Shown here piece by piece: positions 1-13,226 of a stretch of DNA of 64,000 bases. A program made the translations under genes and the position numbers. Position 1 is the stretch's first letter. Every line of letters begins with the position of its first letter. The stretch is from Squalus acanthias (Eukaryota). The notes under the pieces are model-generated. The model saw only the letters and a list, made by a program, of their open reading frames with translations, was not told the origin of the DNA and searched no databases. The DNA lies in contig JASTWF010000415.1 in assembly GCA_030390025.1 (NCBI GenBank), positions 62,001-126,000 of the forward strand, given 5' to 3'.

Positions 1-562
1 GCAACATACAATCCTGACAGGAATATTGGTTGTGATAATCAATGCCAATACTTACTGCACAAACTTTGCTGAGTGGTGATTAAGTGTTACCTGTCACTGG
101 GTTCAGTTTTTATATACTAAACTTTGACTGTTGTATGTGTGGGGATAATCAGAAGTGGAGAGTAGTCAATATGTTTGGAACATTTTGCCGTGGAAAAAAA
201 TCTGAGAGACAAATAGCACGATGAAGCATTAAAATTCTATGTGGCAGTTTTCCCGATAGGAACTCTATCAATGTTTTTAAATAGAGGTAGGGGATGAAAT
301 ATACTGAAGGTCATGAGGAAAATAGCATTTTTTTCCCCTCTTTCTGTTTCTCCCCCCCCACCCCCCCTGGCTAAAATGACAGGTACAAGAATGTTTTATG
401 TAGAACCTGGAGAGCTATAAGGCAAGGCGGGGCGGGGGGCTAAATGCAACATCTCTATATTCTGGGCAACTCCTGGAATAGATTGCTGTCTAGCGCAGTG
501 AATGGTGATTCAGCTGAAGCATTTAAAAAAAAAAAAGAAATCCTACTTTTCAGGGAAGTCCT

Positions 563-1899
563 GTTGCTCTAGTCTTTCCTTGTAACTCAAGCTCAGTTTG
601 TCCATGAGTTCCAGTTCCTACTCTCTTGACCCCTGACCACCACTGGGGTGGTCAGTGGTCACTAAACCACTGACCACCCCACTTCCCTTCCTGGCCCCCA
701 TGCTGGCTGACAATGTAAGTGTTTCCCTCTCCTCGGGTACTGTTCCCCTCCTTTTCAAAATCACCAAAATCACCCCACTCCTCAAAAAAATTCCACCCTT
801 GTCTCCTCTGTCCTTGCAAACTAGTGCACCATCTGTAAGCTCCCTTCCCTCTCCAAACTCCTTAAAGATGTTGTCGCCTCTGAAATCCACACCAATCTTT
901 CCCACAACTCCACATTTGAATCTCTCCAATCATGTTTCTGCCTCTGTCAAAGCATTGAAACAGTCCTAATCAAAGTCATAAATAACATCCTCTGTGACTG
1001 TGACCATGGTGAACTATTCCCACTTGTCCTCCTCAACCTCTCTTCAGCATTTTGACACAGTCAACCACACCATCCTCCTCCAACCCCTCTGCTCCATTGG
1101 GACTCAGTGGAACTACCCTTGCCTGGTTCCACTCTTACCTATCCAATTATAGTCAGAGCATCCCCCAACAATGATTTCTCCTCCAGACCCAGCACCATTA
1201 CCTCCGGAGTACCTCAAGGATCTGTCCCTGACCCCCTCCCCCTGCCCCATCTACATGCTGCCTCTTGTGAAATCATCCAATGACATGGGGTAACCTTCCA
1301 CATGTACACTGATGTTCTCTACCTCCCCACCCCCTGCCTCGACAGCTCCACTGCCTCTGTGTTATCAGACTGCTTGTCCAACATCCAGTCTTGGAAGAGC
1401 CACAATTTCATCCAGTTAAACATTGGGAAGACTGAACAGTTGCCAAAAACTCCGTCCTCCGTCCCCCCTCCCCCGCCACTGTCTCAGGTTGAACAGGACT
1501 GTTTGACACCTATTCAACCCCAAGCTGACCTTCTGACCCCATAAAGTCTCCATCATAAAGACTGGGCATTCCATCTCCGTAACATTACCCACTTCAGTCC
1601 ATCTGCTGCTGAAACCCTTAACCATTTTCTTTATGAATTGTCCACCCTGCCTGCAACTCTTTTTCAGGGCCTGGCTACCCCGGGGGTAGTTTTAACCTCC
1701 CAGGATGGGTGGGAGTTAAAAATTCAAAAATGGGAAACTCCACCCCAACCCGCCTCCAACGTGCCAGCCAGGAAGGGAAGTGGGGTGGTCAGTGGTTTAG
1801 TGACCACTGACCACCCCAGTGGTGGTCAGGGGTCAAGAGAGTAGGAACTGGAACTCATGGACAAACTGAGCTTGAGTTACAAGGAAAGACTAGAGCAAC
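563..1899. repeat. Perfect 133-bp inverted duplication (563-695 and 1767-1899)
   Basis: Base-by-base comparison shows 1767-1899 is the exact reverse complement of 563-695, with no indels. Confidence 0.95.
600..1625 (+). mobile_element. Degenerate L2-clade LINE, RT region
   Basis: LPFLAPMLADNV..SLSSGTVP..K...TPLLKK, then decayed LDLSAAFDTV-like, SGVPQGS and YADD-like motifs, with frameshifts. Same family as the L2 at 33970-36903. Confidence 0.85.
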
Positions 1900-2290
1900 T
1901 AGGGCTATATTCTCTTGAACTGAGAAGACTGAGGGGGTCAGATTTGATAGTCATTCAAAATGGTGAAATAAATAGATGGTAAACATAGATCATTTCCATT
2001 GATGGGTGCTGAAAACAAGAGGCCATAATCTCAAGATAAGCACTAGCAATGTAAAGTGCAGGATTAGAAGAAACTCTTTTGTGCAAAGAGTTATTGTAAA
2101 GTGCAATGTTTTGCTGCAAGCGATGATTGATGCTAAATTGATTGCAGCATTCCAAAAAGTACTGAATAATTTCTGAAAGAAGAATAATAATATGAAATGG
2201 CATGGAAAGAAATCAGGAAAATGGGACTGTGCAAAATCCCAAGGGGCCTAAATTCAGTGCTGGCAAGAAGGGTCGAATGGTCTGTTCCTG
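1870..2290 (+). mobile_element. Old CR1 LINE 3' fragment
   Basis: Translates as LSYKERLEQLGLYSLELRRLRG; decayed CR1 tail. Confidence 0.7.
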
Positions 2291-2311
2291 TGCTAAATAG
2301 TTCTGTTTCTC

Positions 2312-2530
2312 TTTAAACCTCTCCACCTCTCTAGCTCTATCTCCTCCTTTTAAGACGCTTCTTAAAACCTGTCTCTTTGACCAAACTTTCGGTCATCAGT
2401 CCTAATATCTCCTTATGTGGCTCGGTGTCAAATTTTATTTGATAATCGCTCCTGTGAAGCACCTTGGGACGTTTTACTACGTTAAAAGCGCTATATAAAT
2501 GCAGGTATAAATGTTATATAAATGTTGCTG
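2312..2530 (+). mobile_element. L2 LINE 3' end
   Basis: tttgaccaa...gcaccttgggacgttttactacgttaaaagcgctatataaatgca tail, as at 61548-61981. Confidence 0.8.
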
Positions 2531-2669
2531 CTGTTGTTTTCTGTTTCTCCCAGTTCCACAAGAGTTGCTAAACAGGGCAGCCAAGTGAGGTAAATTTCTC
2601 TTGAGCTAGAAATGTAACTTACTATTAGCAATCCAGTCAGTAATTGGAAGACAAAGCAATTTTCTGTAG

Positions 2670-2894
<225 letters not shown>

Positions 2895-3782
2895 TAAGTG
2901 GCTACAGTTATGGAGAAAAAGTGCATTTGACCCTCAAATTTGTAGAGACCAAAAAAAAAGTTATTTTGTGAGATATTTTCCTTTAAAATGTCCTGTACTC
3001 TGGTAGCAGCAGCTGTACAACATCTCAATGTATAAAGACCCATTCTAAACCATCAAAATTGTTGTCAATGATGAGTTCCTGATGTAAAATCTCTGATTTG
3101 ACTGTCTGGAGTAGACTATCAACCAAATCACAACTGCTGCAATCATTTTGGTTTTAAAATTTCCCATCTTCCGACAGGTAGCACAACCCGACCTGACTTT
3201 GGGCCTTTAGCTGTCTTTCTGCCCTCCTTACTCTGTCCATTCTACTCTTGCCAGACGAGTAAGATATGCTTTGGAAGGCAGGGTAAAGAACCATTTGTCA
3301 GTCCGGGTGCAGCTGCCATGCAAGGTTCTAAATTGATCATTCCCAGGTTAAGGAGCCCGAGTGCCCCGAATGAAACTCTGACGACCTCCTGATTTGGAGA
3401 TAGGGAGAGAAGCAAGAAAATCTGGAGCAAGGTAGGAGAGTGAAATGGTGTCAAGATAGGCAAACATGCCTGATTACAAATTTCATAAAGACAGATTACA
3501 GATCAATGAGAACAGGCTCGACTTTGTTGGTGAAAAATATACACGCTTCGCTTTCTGCATCGGATCCTTATGAGGGGGAATAGGAAGTAGCATTTGGACT
3601 AGTCTTGGGAAGACAGCTAAATTTTCGTAAACAAATTGCAAAAGAAAAAGGATTTCAATAATTCAATGAAAATGCTGGGGTCAGAGTGAATTAAAAACTC
3701 TAGTTTGCCCCAACGGTTCCCAACCTGTCTCTTTTTTGATGGTCCACGCTGATTCTGTTTGCTAAAACTGATTTCTTTTTAG

Positions 3783-4173
3783 GGATAACCTAATGACTGA
3801 CATCTATGGTGCCAATCTATACAACCGCTACCTTGAAGAGGAATCTTCCAGAAAAGGCTCACGGGTGCAAGCTAAAGTTGCCGCGGGAAAACAAACAGCC
3901 ACAGTTTCCCAGGATGAAGATCCTGATGTAATAGCAAGCGAACTGACACCAGGTTCTGCTACTTGCTGCAAGTCTGTGCTGGTTTGCACAGGTGTGCACC
4001 GTCCCTGGAAAGATGATACAGTAGCCCACGAGGAGTTGATCACAGGGACTGTATTTCATGGGCACAGGGACTTTAGGTTTGATGCTGATTTATCTGATCC
4101 AGACTATATAGTACCAGATATTGATGCTGCTGTGGAACTGATCTATGAGCTGGAAAAATATGTGCCTAAGTAA
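3783..4173 (+). CDS. HDHD5/CECR5-family HAD hydrolase, terminal coding exon
   Basis: Acceptor ttctttttAG at 3781-3782 splices in frame to give IGDNLMTDIYGANLY (HAD motif IV, GDxxxxD), then SVLVCTGV and FHGHRDF as in HDHD5; stop TAA 4171-4173. Whether it is the orthologue or a paralogue of human HDHD5 is unresolved. Confidence 0.93.
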
Positions 4174-6214
4174 CTTTAAAAAAAAATCCTCCTACCTGTT
4201 TGCCGCACTTACATCTGGACCTAGAAAAAAAAGCGGATTTAAAAAATTGCATAAAAGCAAGTCGCCAAATTCAGTTCAAACAAATATCTAATTATCTTCT
4301 ATACTGTGTACTACTGTATTTGTCAGCAGACCCCCCGCCCTACTCCCCAACATAAGTCTCAGTTTTGAAGAATTGTAGCTGAAATGTTAATTTTGTAATG
4401 GTCATTTAGTGTGACCAGATTCTTAATTGTGTGACCTGCAGATGTGTTGATCCCATTACCTTTATGAAAATGGAGGAGAGTAACTCGTCTTTTCTGTGAT
4501 GAATCTCCTCCACAAGAAATGTTGTATTATTTTTAAAAAGATCTTCCAGCCAAGCTCAGTACAAACAGCAATGTGGTTTCTTTTCTCCTCACTCCTGTCA
4601 CTACAAACGTGTCCTTTTTGACCATATTGCTAACTGATCTGTGGACACAGGTTCCTACATAGTATGAAATATGTAAATGCTTTTAATTTATTTTAAGCTG
4701 CTGACAAAAGCATTAGTTGCGAGGTAGGGATAACAAATTTGTTGGAACTTTGATTAAACCAGAACTTACCCTTGGAGGTAGGTGTTTGCAAACTAATATA
4801 TGAAAATGTTGTTATTGATCTGGCATTTTTGCTTGGGCACTGTTGAGTTTAATGTTTGAACATTAGTCATAATGTTTCCTCTCTCTTTCCTCCCCCCACA
4901 TCTGAATCATGGACCACATCCAGGTGAATATTTGGAAATGTAGGTTGACGTATATTCGTGGTTACCAGTAAAAAAAAACAGTTTGGAATCTGTACAGTTT
5001 TCTACTTTCTCTTTGTATGGTTAGGTAGTGCAATAATAGCAGCATAAAAAACACTCTTAATTCTATAATAAGAGTGTGGCCAACTTTGTGTTAATGACTT
5101 TTATATACTGTCAATCTTTTATAAAGTATTTTATTACAAAGAAAGTAGAAGTGGGAAGATAGACCTCTTTTAAGAAAGATATATAAGTTAAATGTTCTGT
5201 TAATTTACGTCATCCTCCTCACTTCTCCCCAGTACAGTCTCTTAGATGTGAGTAAAATTTTTCAGCATTATCTTTTCCAGCTGTCTGTGAACTTCCACTT
5301 GCCACATCAATAAACTGAATTTGAAAATATGGTGACATGCCATTTTCAGCAACCTCCTGCTATCAGACACTAGATTCTTTTTTAAAATAAGTGCATAATG
5401 GAGCATTTGGTAATCCTGTCAGAAGGGCGTGTCCCCTTCAATATAACTTTTAAATGTTTTGTATTTTAAACTTCATAAGTTTTTCAACCCATTAAACAGT
5501 CCCTTTGCAGAAGTTTCCACAGTTAACAATTAAAAAAGCCAATAAACTTTATTCTCTTTACAATAATGCCTCCTTTATTTCACCTTTTGAACTGCAAAGG
5601 GGTGGTTTAACATATTTTGAGTTGTAAAAATTCTCAAGAATGTTTTCCCTTGCAAGTTCTTTTTAATGCAGTGTTGCAGTTTAAACTCTTCTGCCTCTTT
5701 GTTAGCCATGGCAAAGAATTGATTCTGTGCGCTTAGTTTACAAGTGAAAGATGGGTATTGTGACTGCTCCGAATTGTCTGCTGCCCAGTGTTGCTAAGTG
5801 CATAAACAATGAGGAGGCTGAGGCTATTGCTACTTTTCCTTATTTTGTTTACAGTGAAACCAGTTTGTCCTTTTAATAGGCAGACCATACTAACTGGATT
5901 TCTGTTCCTGTTCAGCTTTGAAAGCACAATTGGCTTCTGTATCCCACTCCTACGCCCCCAGCAGGCCAGTGCTTGCTTGACATTCTGAACATACCATGAA
6001 GAAGTCTGCTTGACTGACACAAAGTACAAATCAAGCATGACAAGCCCAGGGATTTTTCCAGCTTTGTTTCTTTCTTTTCACTGGTTGGTTGAACAAGCAT
6101 CTTGCTTCCATATACTTGCTTCTGTCGGACAAATATCTCGGGTCGGGATTGGCTTAACATCATCATCAGAATCAAGCACTTAATTGTTTGATCATTTTAA
6201 AATGTTGCAGTATG

Positions 6215-6550
6215 TAGGAACTGGGTTGGGCACTTTTTTTTAACCTCCGGGACATGAGTTCAAACCCAGCCTAGACTGATGGGATGAAATTCTCCTTAGT
6301 AAGGCTGCTATGTGAAATGAGTTTAGGCAGTCTCACTCCAGTTCCTGATGGATATGGGCCTGCATCACATAACTGCCTTTAATTCAGCATTGGTAAGGGC
6401 ACTGAGACAGGCTGAAGGATGGTTGGTGTAGGAAATGGGAAATGTCACTGATGCAGTAAAGGGTGCTTATCTGAGGTTATGGTTGAGGCAGAGTGCAGCG
6501 AGCTTGTTCTGTGTTTCGCTGTAACATGCCTGACACTGGGTGCCTGGAAT
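6215..6550 (+). mobile_element. LF-SINE-like tRNA-derived SINE
   Basis: B-box-like gagttcaaacccagcc, and ctatgtgaaatgagtttaggcagtctcactccagttcctgatgga (6308-6352), which resembles the LF-SINE core as recalled. Not verified by alignment. Confidence 0.6.
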
Positions 6551-8355
6551 GGAAAGTTTTGAGTACACACAATTTGAAAAAAAGTTAATCCTTGCAGATG
6601 AATACATTTTTAATATAATTAGAACAAAAAATTCAATAAATACAAAACAAAAATGGCTGTAGAGAAAACTGCTGTGGAATATGTTCTTGATTTGCATAGT
6701 CTGTTAAAACATGAGGATAAATGTGCTGCTACTGATGCAGTTTGACTTTATATAATTTATATATGAATGGATAGTTACTTAATGTTTCCTACATGATTCT
6801 CTTCTGTGCGTTGAAAGAAGAGCAGTTTTAATGGGCCGAGGGTGTCTTTCTCGCCTGGATGGCCCCATCCCCTGTAGGAATGACTGGATAGGCAGGGAGA
6901 AAAATCACAAACAGGCTACAATACCCATTGATAGGGCCTGCTGATACCTGTTCAGCATTACAGTATTACCGAGACTACATGGGGAGCTGGTGTGGAAAAT
7001 GCTATTCATGACTTGAGGGTGCTTGATGCATGATCCATCCCCTAATGCTGACATCCTGATAAGCAGAAAAAAGTCACTAAGGAAGTGTCTCTTTACAGGG
7101 AAATAAGTGGGGGAAGTTGCCTATTCTGCTTTCTTAAAGAGTAGTAATCTTACTACAGGAAAAAAAATACATTATAGCAGGTCAAACAATGACTTCATAG
7201 ATTGAGGTAACGTTAGCTAGGCCTGGCCTATGTTTGTTTGAAGTCTAGGAAATCAAAATGGAATTTGAAATCAAATGGAGATTATCCTTGTACGAATCCA
7301 ACTCTATCTTAGCAGAACAATTGCAATGTGGGGAGGCACAAATTAGAACCCTAATAGGGTGACATTTAATGGTAGACTATAGGAACTGACCTTGTTGCAG
7401 CTGGTCATCCTCTTTCACTGTTAATATGCCCTAGCTAACGAGAAGCTTCTTCCTCTATCTGTTTAACTACATGTGGGCATACTTCAGTGATGCCCATTAA
7501 ACCTTGCATATGGAACGTCAGTGCTTTCCCTCTGCCCCTTTCTTTAGGTCAATAGAACACAAAATGGGAGTGCAAACAAAACATTCAGGATTGGGTTATA
7601 TATTGCTGCAACTACTTTTACTTCTGTGGCTAAGTTGTGACCACAAGTATCCATCAACAAACAACTTGACCATCTACAAGAATTTGTTGAATTAGCAGAC
7701 GAGTGACCTTTTAAGTTTGTTTTATTCCACACTGACTAATACATTTAGGTGGGTTGCATCAAGAAAGCAGTAACTTACCATTAGCACATTTCAGGGCATT
7801 GAAATTCATAGTTTGTCTTGGCACCATGATTTTAAATAACAACACTAATTCTGTAGTATTTGAATTTTGGTAATTTATTTGCTGATTATAACTACTGACC
7901 TTGAGAAATTTCTGATAAGAGCACAGTTTAAAATATGTGTAAGTACTCTGCAAAATCTTTTTATGTCAAATCATCTTCCTGTTACCTGAATTTTTTGTTT
8001 TTAAAAAGCCAAGGTTTGACATCCTGCCTAATTTTTCAAACACTTCCTATGAAGCCAAAATGGTTTTTTTTTAAATGCTGTAGTAGAAGATAATCTACGT
8101 GTGAAACTAGACCAGAGACACTTGAAAATGTATTTAAAATATCCTAGTATATATGTTCAAGGCTGGAATGCACAGCATTTTTACGAGCTATAAACATTGA
8201 TTTTTATTCTTGTGATCTACTGTGTATCACATCTACACACTGTTATACCATTGAACATCCGATTATATAAATAATGTAGAAAAACCAATGTTCTGATCCT
8301 TATGGTTTCTGAATCATGCAAAATGTGTAGCGATGACCTCAAAAACTTTTTATAT

Positions 8356-8361
8356 AATAAA
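8356..8361 (+). terminator. Candidate distal polyadenylation signal of the HDHD5-like gene
   Basis: AATAAA followed by a T/GT-rich tract (tttgctgttgtttgattc) at the end of a long repeat-poor AT-rich stretch. Proximal AATAAA alternatives at 5309-5314 and 5541-5546. Confidence 0.35.
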
Positions 8362-9060
8362 ATTTGAATTTTTGCTGTTGTTTGATTCTTCAAGTGTTTG
8401 GGGAATAGAGGGTATCTATACCATGTAATAGTCTAGCTTCAAAGATGATGATGCCAGGTTAGTTTATTAAAGGACGCAAAGTGTATTTTTTTAATATATC
8501 CAGATTGCTCCTGGCACAGTCCCAGGCAGGAAGCGGGGGAAGAGAGATTGAGATTATCAGTGCCGTCTCCTCATTTGGCTGAACTAAAAGCAAATTTCCA
8601 TTCCACATACAGCTCATACCTTGTAGTCATGTCCTGTAATGACTGGTATGGTTTTAATAGCTGAACAATCTGCCCAGTGGTTTTAGTCACAGTACATAAA
8701 CCATCTTGAATAATTTGGAGGTACAGTAGATATTATTTGATTTTCCAGATGAATCTTCATTGATTTTCCATCTTAAGGGCCCCTTCACATACAATACAGT
8801 AAAACCATATTTTCCAGCAGGATGGAGCCCCACAGCCATGGGTGGCTAAAGCTAGTCCTGTTCACAGTGCTCAATGACAGCAGTCTAAGATTGGCTCAAC
8901 TCAACAGCCGTACATGCAAGAGCTGAATGCCGAAGAAGAGGTAAGAGTAACTGCCCTCGACATCAAGATAGTATCTGACCGAGTATGGCACCAAGGAGCC
9001 CGAGCAAAACTGAGGTCAGTAGGGTCAATGAGAAAACCCTCCATTGGCTGGAGTTGCATC

Positions 9061-10135
9061 TTTTTTTAAATATTTGTTTATGGGATGTGGGTGTCGCTGG
9101 CAAGGCCAGCATTTATTGCCCATCCCTAATTGCCCTTGAGAAGCTGGTGGTGAGCCGCCGCCTTGAACCGCTGCAGTCCGTGTGGTGAAGGTACTCCCAC
9201 AGTGCTGTTAGGGAGGGAGTTCCAGGATTTTGACCCAGCGACGATGAAGGATCGGCGATATACTTCTCAGTCAGGATGGTGTGTGACTTGGAGGGGAACT
9301 TGGAGGTGGTGGTGTTCCCATGCGCCTGCTGCCCTTGTCCTTCTAGGTGCAAGAGGTCGTGGGTTTGGGAGGTGCTGCCGAAGAAGCCTTGGCGAGTTGC
9401 TGCAGTGCATCTTGTAGATGGTGCACACTGCAGCCACGGTACACCGGTGGTGGAGGGAGTGAAAGTTTAAGGTGGTGGATGGGGTGCCAATCAAGCGGGC
9501 TGCTTTGTCCTGGATGGTGTCGAGCTTCTTGAGTGTCGTTGGAGCTGCACTCATCCTGACTTGTGCCTTGTAGATGGTGGAAAGGCTTTGGAGAGTCAGA
9601 AGGTGAGACACTCGCCGCAGAATACCTAGTCTCTGACCTGCTCTTGTTGCCACAGTATTTATGTGGCTGGTCCAGTTAAGTTTCTGGTCAATGGTGACCC
9701 CCAGGATGTTGATGGTGGGGGATTCGGCGATGGTAATGCCGTTGAATGTCAAGGGGCGGTGGTTAGATTCTCGCTTGTTGGAGATGTTCATTGCCTGGCA
9801 CTTCTGTGGCGCAAATGTTACCTGCCACTTATCAGCCCAAGCCTGAATGTCGTCCAGCTCTTGTTGCATGCGGGCATGGACTGCTTCATTATCTGAGGAG
9901 TTGTGAATGGCGCTGAACACTGCAGTCATCAGCGAACATCCCCATTTCTGACCTTATGTTGGAGGGAAGGTCATTGATGAAGCAGCTGAAGATGGTTGGG
10001 CCGAGGACACTGCCCTGAGGACCTCCTGCAGTGATGTCCTGTGATGATTGACCTTCAACCACCACAACCATCTTCCTTTGTGCTAGGTATGACTCCAGCC
10101 AGTGGAGAGTTTTTCCCCCGATTCCCACTGACTTT
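9061..10135 (-). mobile_element. CR1-group LINE, 5'-truncated RT/3' end
   Basis: [25 protein letters not shown] and ILGVTIDQKLNWTSHI RT motifs; 3' UTR gggcaataaatgctggcc with an A-rich tail. Confidence 0.9.
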
Positions 10136-11128
10136 TTACATGCAGGTTATGGTAGCCGAGGTAATGACCATTTCCATTGCTCTCACTATCCGCAAGAATA
10201 CTTGATACTGGCCTGGATGCAGGCAACCGCAACAACACTCAAAAAGTTTAACACCATCCCAGGACAGCGCAGTCCACTTGATTAGCCCCTCTGCTACTGG
10301 ACTCAATGCAGCCACAGTCTCTGTGGATATTATGTACGATCTGCAAGATGTACTGCAGCAACTCTAAGCTTACCTCAACAGCCCTGTGACCTTTACCACT
10401 GTGAAGGATGAGGGCAGCGACATCATACGAATATCATCACCTTCAAGTTCCCTATAAACTAAAGGGTACAATCCTAAAGGGGGTGCATGAACAGAGAGAC
10501 CTGGGGGTATATGTGCACAAATCGTTGAAGGTGGCAGGGCAGGTTGAGAAAGCGGTTAAAAAAGCATACGGGATCCTGGGCTTCATAAATAGAGGCTATG
10601 GGGGCGATATTCTGAGCCCGAGGAGGCGGCAAAGGCGGGAAAATCGGAAAAAATGAGTGCGGGTTCGGAACCCGCCTCCGCGCGATTTTGCCAGGTGCCG
10701 GTTTTGCAGGGCGGGAAACGGTCCCGCCTCCAGCAGCCAGAGAGGTTGTTAAGAGGCTTAAATACCCGTTAAGGGCCTCTCTAAGCCTATTTTGAGAGGT
10801 CCTCGTTATTTTTCGACCATTCCAGCGTGTTCCACGACCCTCCTAAACCACGCCAGCTAAACCTGGTGGGTTGACAAGTGGGTGGCCTCCTCACAGCTGC
10901 AGCTCCACCATTAAATCGCAGCTTTCATCAGGGAGTAGTTGCAGGCGGCAGAACTTTGCTTTAAAAGCTCTTTCAGCACTTTTAGCAGGCCTTCCGAAGT
11001 CGGAGGTGCTGCAGCTTGAATCTATCAATGGTGGGACCTCCTTGGAAGACCCTCTCCCTGCTTGCAATGAGCGTTTCCCCAATGGAGGCATCTGCAAGCA
11101 ACATGGGAACCATTCATTTCCTTTCACC

Positions 11129-12814
11129 ATGGACCTCAGATTTGATGAGGAGCATCCACGGCAGCAGCAGAACCAGGCAGCTCAGCAGCAACAGCAGCAG
11201 GAGCCCCAACCTCCTGCTCAGCCACCTGATGCTGCACAGGGCAGAAGGCGCCAGCGCATCGAGGCACCTCGCCACAGGAGATACCCCCAACACAGGATTT
11301 ACAGACAGAGGATGAGCTACCTCAACATGAGTGAGCAGCAGTGCCAAAGGAGGCTGAGACTTTCGCGAGAGGTTGTCCGAGAGATCTGTGGACTGCTGCA
11401 GCAAGACCTGGTGCCCAGAGGAACGGGTGGACACCCCTTACCAGTGGCTGTCAAAGTCACCACCGCACTCAACTTCTTTGCCTCAGGCTCCTGCCAGGGA
11501 TCATCAGCAGACATCAGCGGCATCTCCTAGTCGGCCGTCCACAGTTGCATCATGCAGGTTACCGATGCTCTTTTCGCAAAGGCCCACAATTACATCCAGT
11601 TCTCAAGGGATCAAGTAAGTATAACCACGTGTTCGGTTGGCTTTGCAAATATGGCAGGCATGCCAATGGTGCAGGGCATCATGGACTGCACACATGTGGC
11701 CCTTAGGGCACCCCATCACAACCCAGCTATCTTTGTCAACCGAAAGGGCTTCCACTCCCTCAACGTACAGCTGGTGTGTAACCACAAGAAGGAGCTTTTG
11801 CCTGTTTGCACCAAGTTCTGCGGTAGTTGCCATGACTCTTTCATCCTGCAGCACTCTGGTGTTCCTCCGCTTTTCAATCCGCCAAACCAACTTAACATAA
11901 GAAATAGGAGCAGGAATAGGCCACTTCGCACCTCGAGCCTGCTCCGCCATTCAATAAGATCATGGCTGATCTTGGGCTCAAAGCCACTTCCTTGCCCGCT
12001 CCCCATAACCCTACTCTCCCTTATCTTGCAAAAATCTGTCTATCTCCACCTTAAATGTATTTAATGACCCAGCCTCCACGGCTCTCTGGGGCAGAGAATT
12101 CCACAGATTTACGACCCTCTGAGAGAAGAAATTCCTCATCTCAATTCTAAAAGGGCGACCCTTTATTCTGAAACTATGCCCCCGAGTTCTAGATTTCCCC
12201 ACAAGGTGAAACATCCTCTCTGCATCTACCTTGTCGAGCCCCTCAGTATCTTATATGTTTCAATAAGATCACCTCTCATTCTTCTAAATTCCAATGAGTA
12301 TAGGCTCAACCTTTCTTCATAAGTCAACCCCCTCATCGCTGGAATTAACCTAGTGAATGGTCTCTGAACTGCCTCCAATGCAAGTATATCCTTCCTTAAT
12401 GGATGGCTCCTTGGTGACAAAGGCTACCCCCTGAAGAAGTGGCTAATGACGCCGATCAGGAGGCCAGCTAACGAGGCTGAAGAGTGCTACAACGGCAGCC
12501 ACACTTCGACCAGGTCCATCATCGAGCAAACCATTGGGTTGTTGAAGATGCGCTTCCGATGCCTTGACCAATCAGGTGAAGCCCTGCAGTATACACCATA
12601 CAGGGTCTCCAGAATGGTCGTGGTCTGCTGTGCACTGCACAACATCGCACAGCGTCATGGCTTGCAGCTTCCTGATGAGCAAGTGGCTCAGTTCCAGCCC
12701 TCCTCAGATGAGGAGGAGGAGGTCAGAGCGCCGGTATATCGACCAGCAGCAGCACGCGAGCACATGGCTGCCCGTGATGCAAGGGATGAACTTATCCTGG
12801 CCAGACTTGCATAG
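11129..12814 (+). pseudogene. Harbinger (HARBI1-like) DDE transposase, disabled by one stop codon and one CR1 insertion
   Basis: Motifs [26 protein letters not shown] (D), [32 protein letters not shown] (D), [16 protein letters not shown] (E), CCALHN. In-frame TAG at 11528-11530; 504-bp insert at 11896-12399. Start codon uncertain. Confidence 0.92.
11896..12399 (-). mobile_element. CR1 LINE 3' fragment inserted in the transposase
   Basis: [34 protein letters not shown]; CTTAA present at both junctions (11891-11895, 12395-12399). Confidence 0.92.
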
Positions 12815-13044
12815 GTTGCCCAAGTTGGCACATGTCCTTGGCTCCATCTTAAGACATCATAGACAATGGACATGACTCTCTGGCCTCCTTTCACTCTGGC
12901 CACCAACCTGACAACGCAAGTGTCGCGGAGCCTGCAATGTGAAAGAACAGATGCCATAACGCCAACATTTTGGCATCAAATCATTTTAATGCTTTCCAAC
13001 AGGGATGGCATTTCATCAATACACAGAAACATTCACCCAGTCTG

Positions 13045-13226
13045 CACACAGATCTGGAGGTTAAATCCCTTGCCAGCTGGACCCACACAGCCTTGGTTTC
13101 TTTGGGAGGCCTCTTCCTCCCAGATGAGTGGAAGAGCACCTCCATGCTAGCTCTCACCCCCTCAACCAACATTTGCAGCGCTCCATCCGAGAACCTCGGC
13201 GAGGCCCTTGCCTTGGAATTGGACAT
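13045..13226 (-). pseudogene. Truncated Myb/SANT-like DNA-binding ORF of the Harbinger element
   Basis: MSNSKARASPRFSDGALQMLVEGV...EVLF...GRKRPP..TKAVW..LA..LTSRSV is the typical N-terminus of the Harbinger accessory protein; it is cut off by an internal deletion. Confidence 0.75.

Noticed and set aside
11129-12814. Domesticated HARBI1 host gene
   Set aside because: It is flanked by TIRs, inserted inside a CR1, and disrupted by a stop codon and a LINE insertion, so it is a transposon copy.
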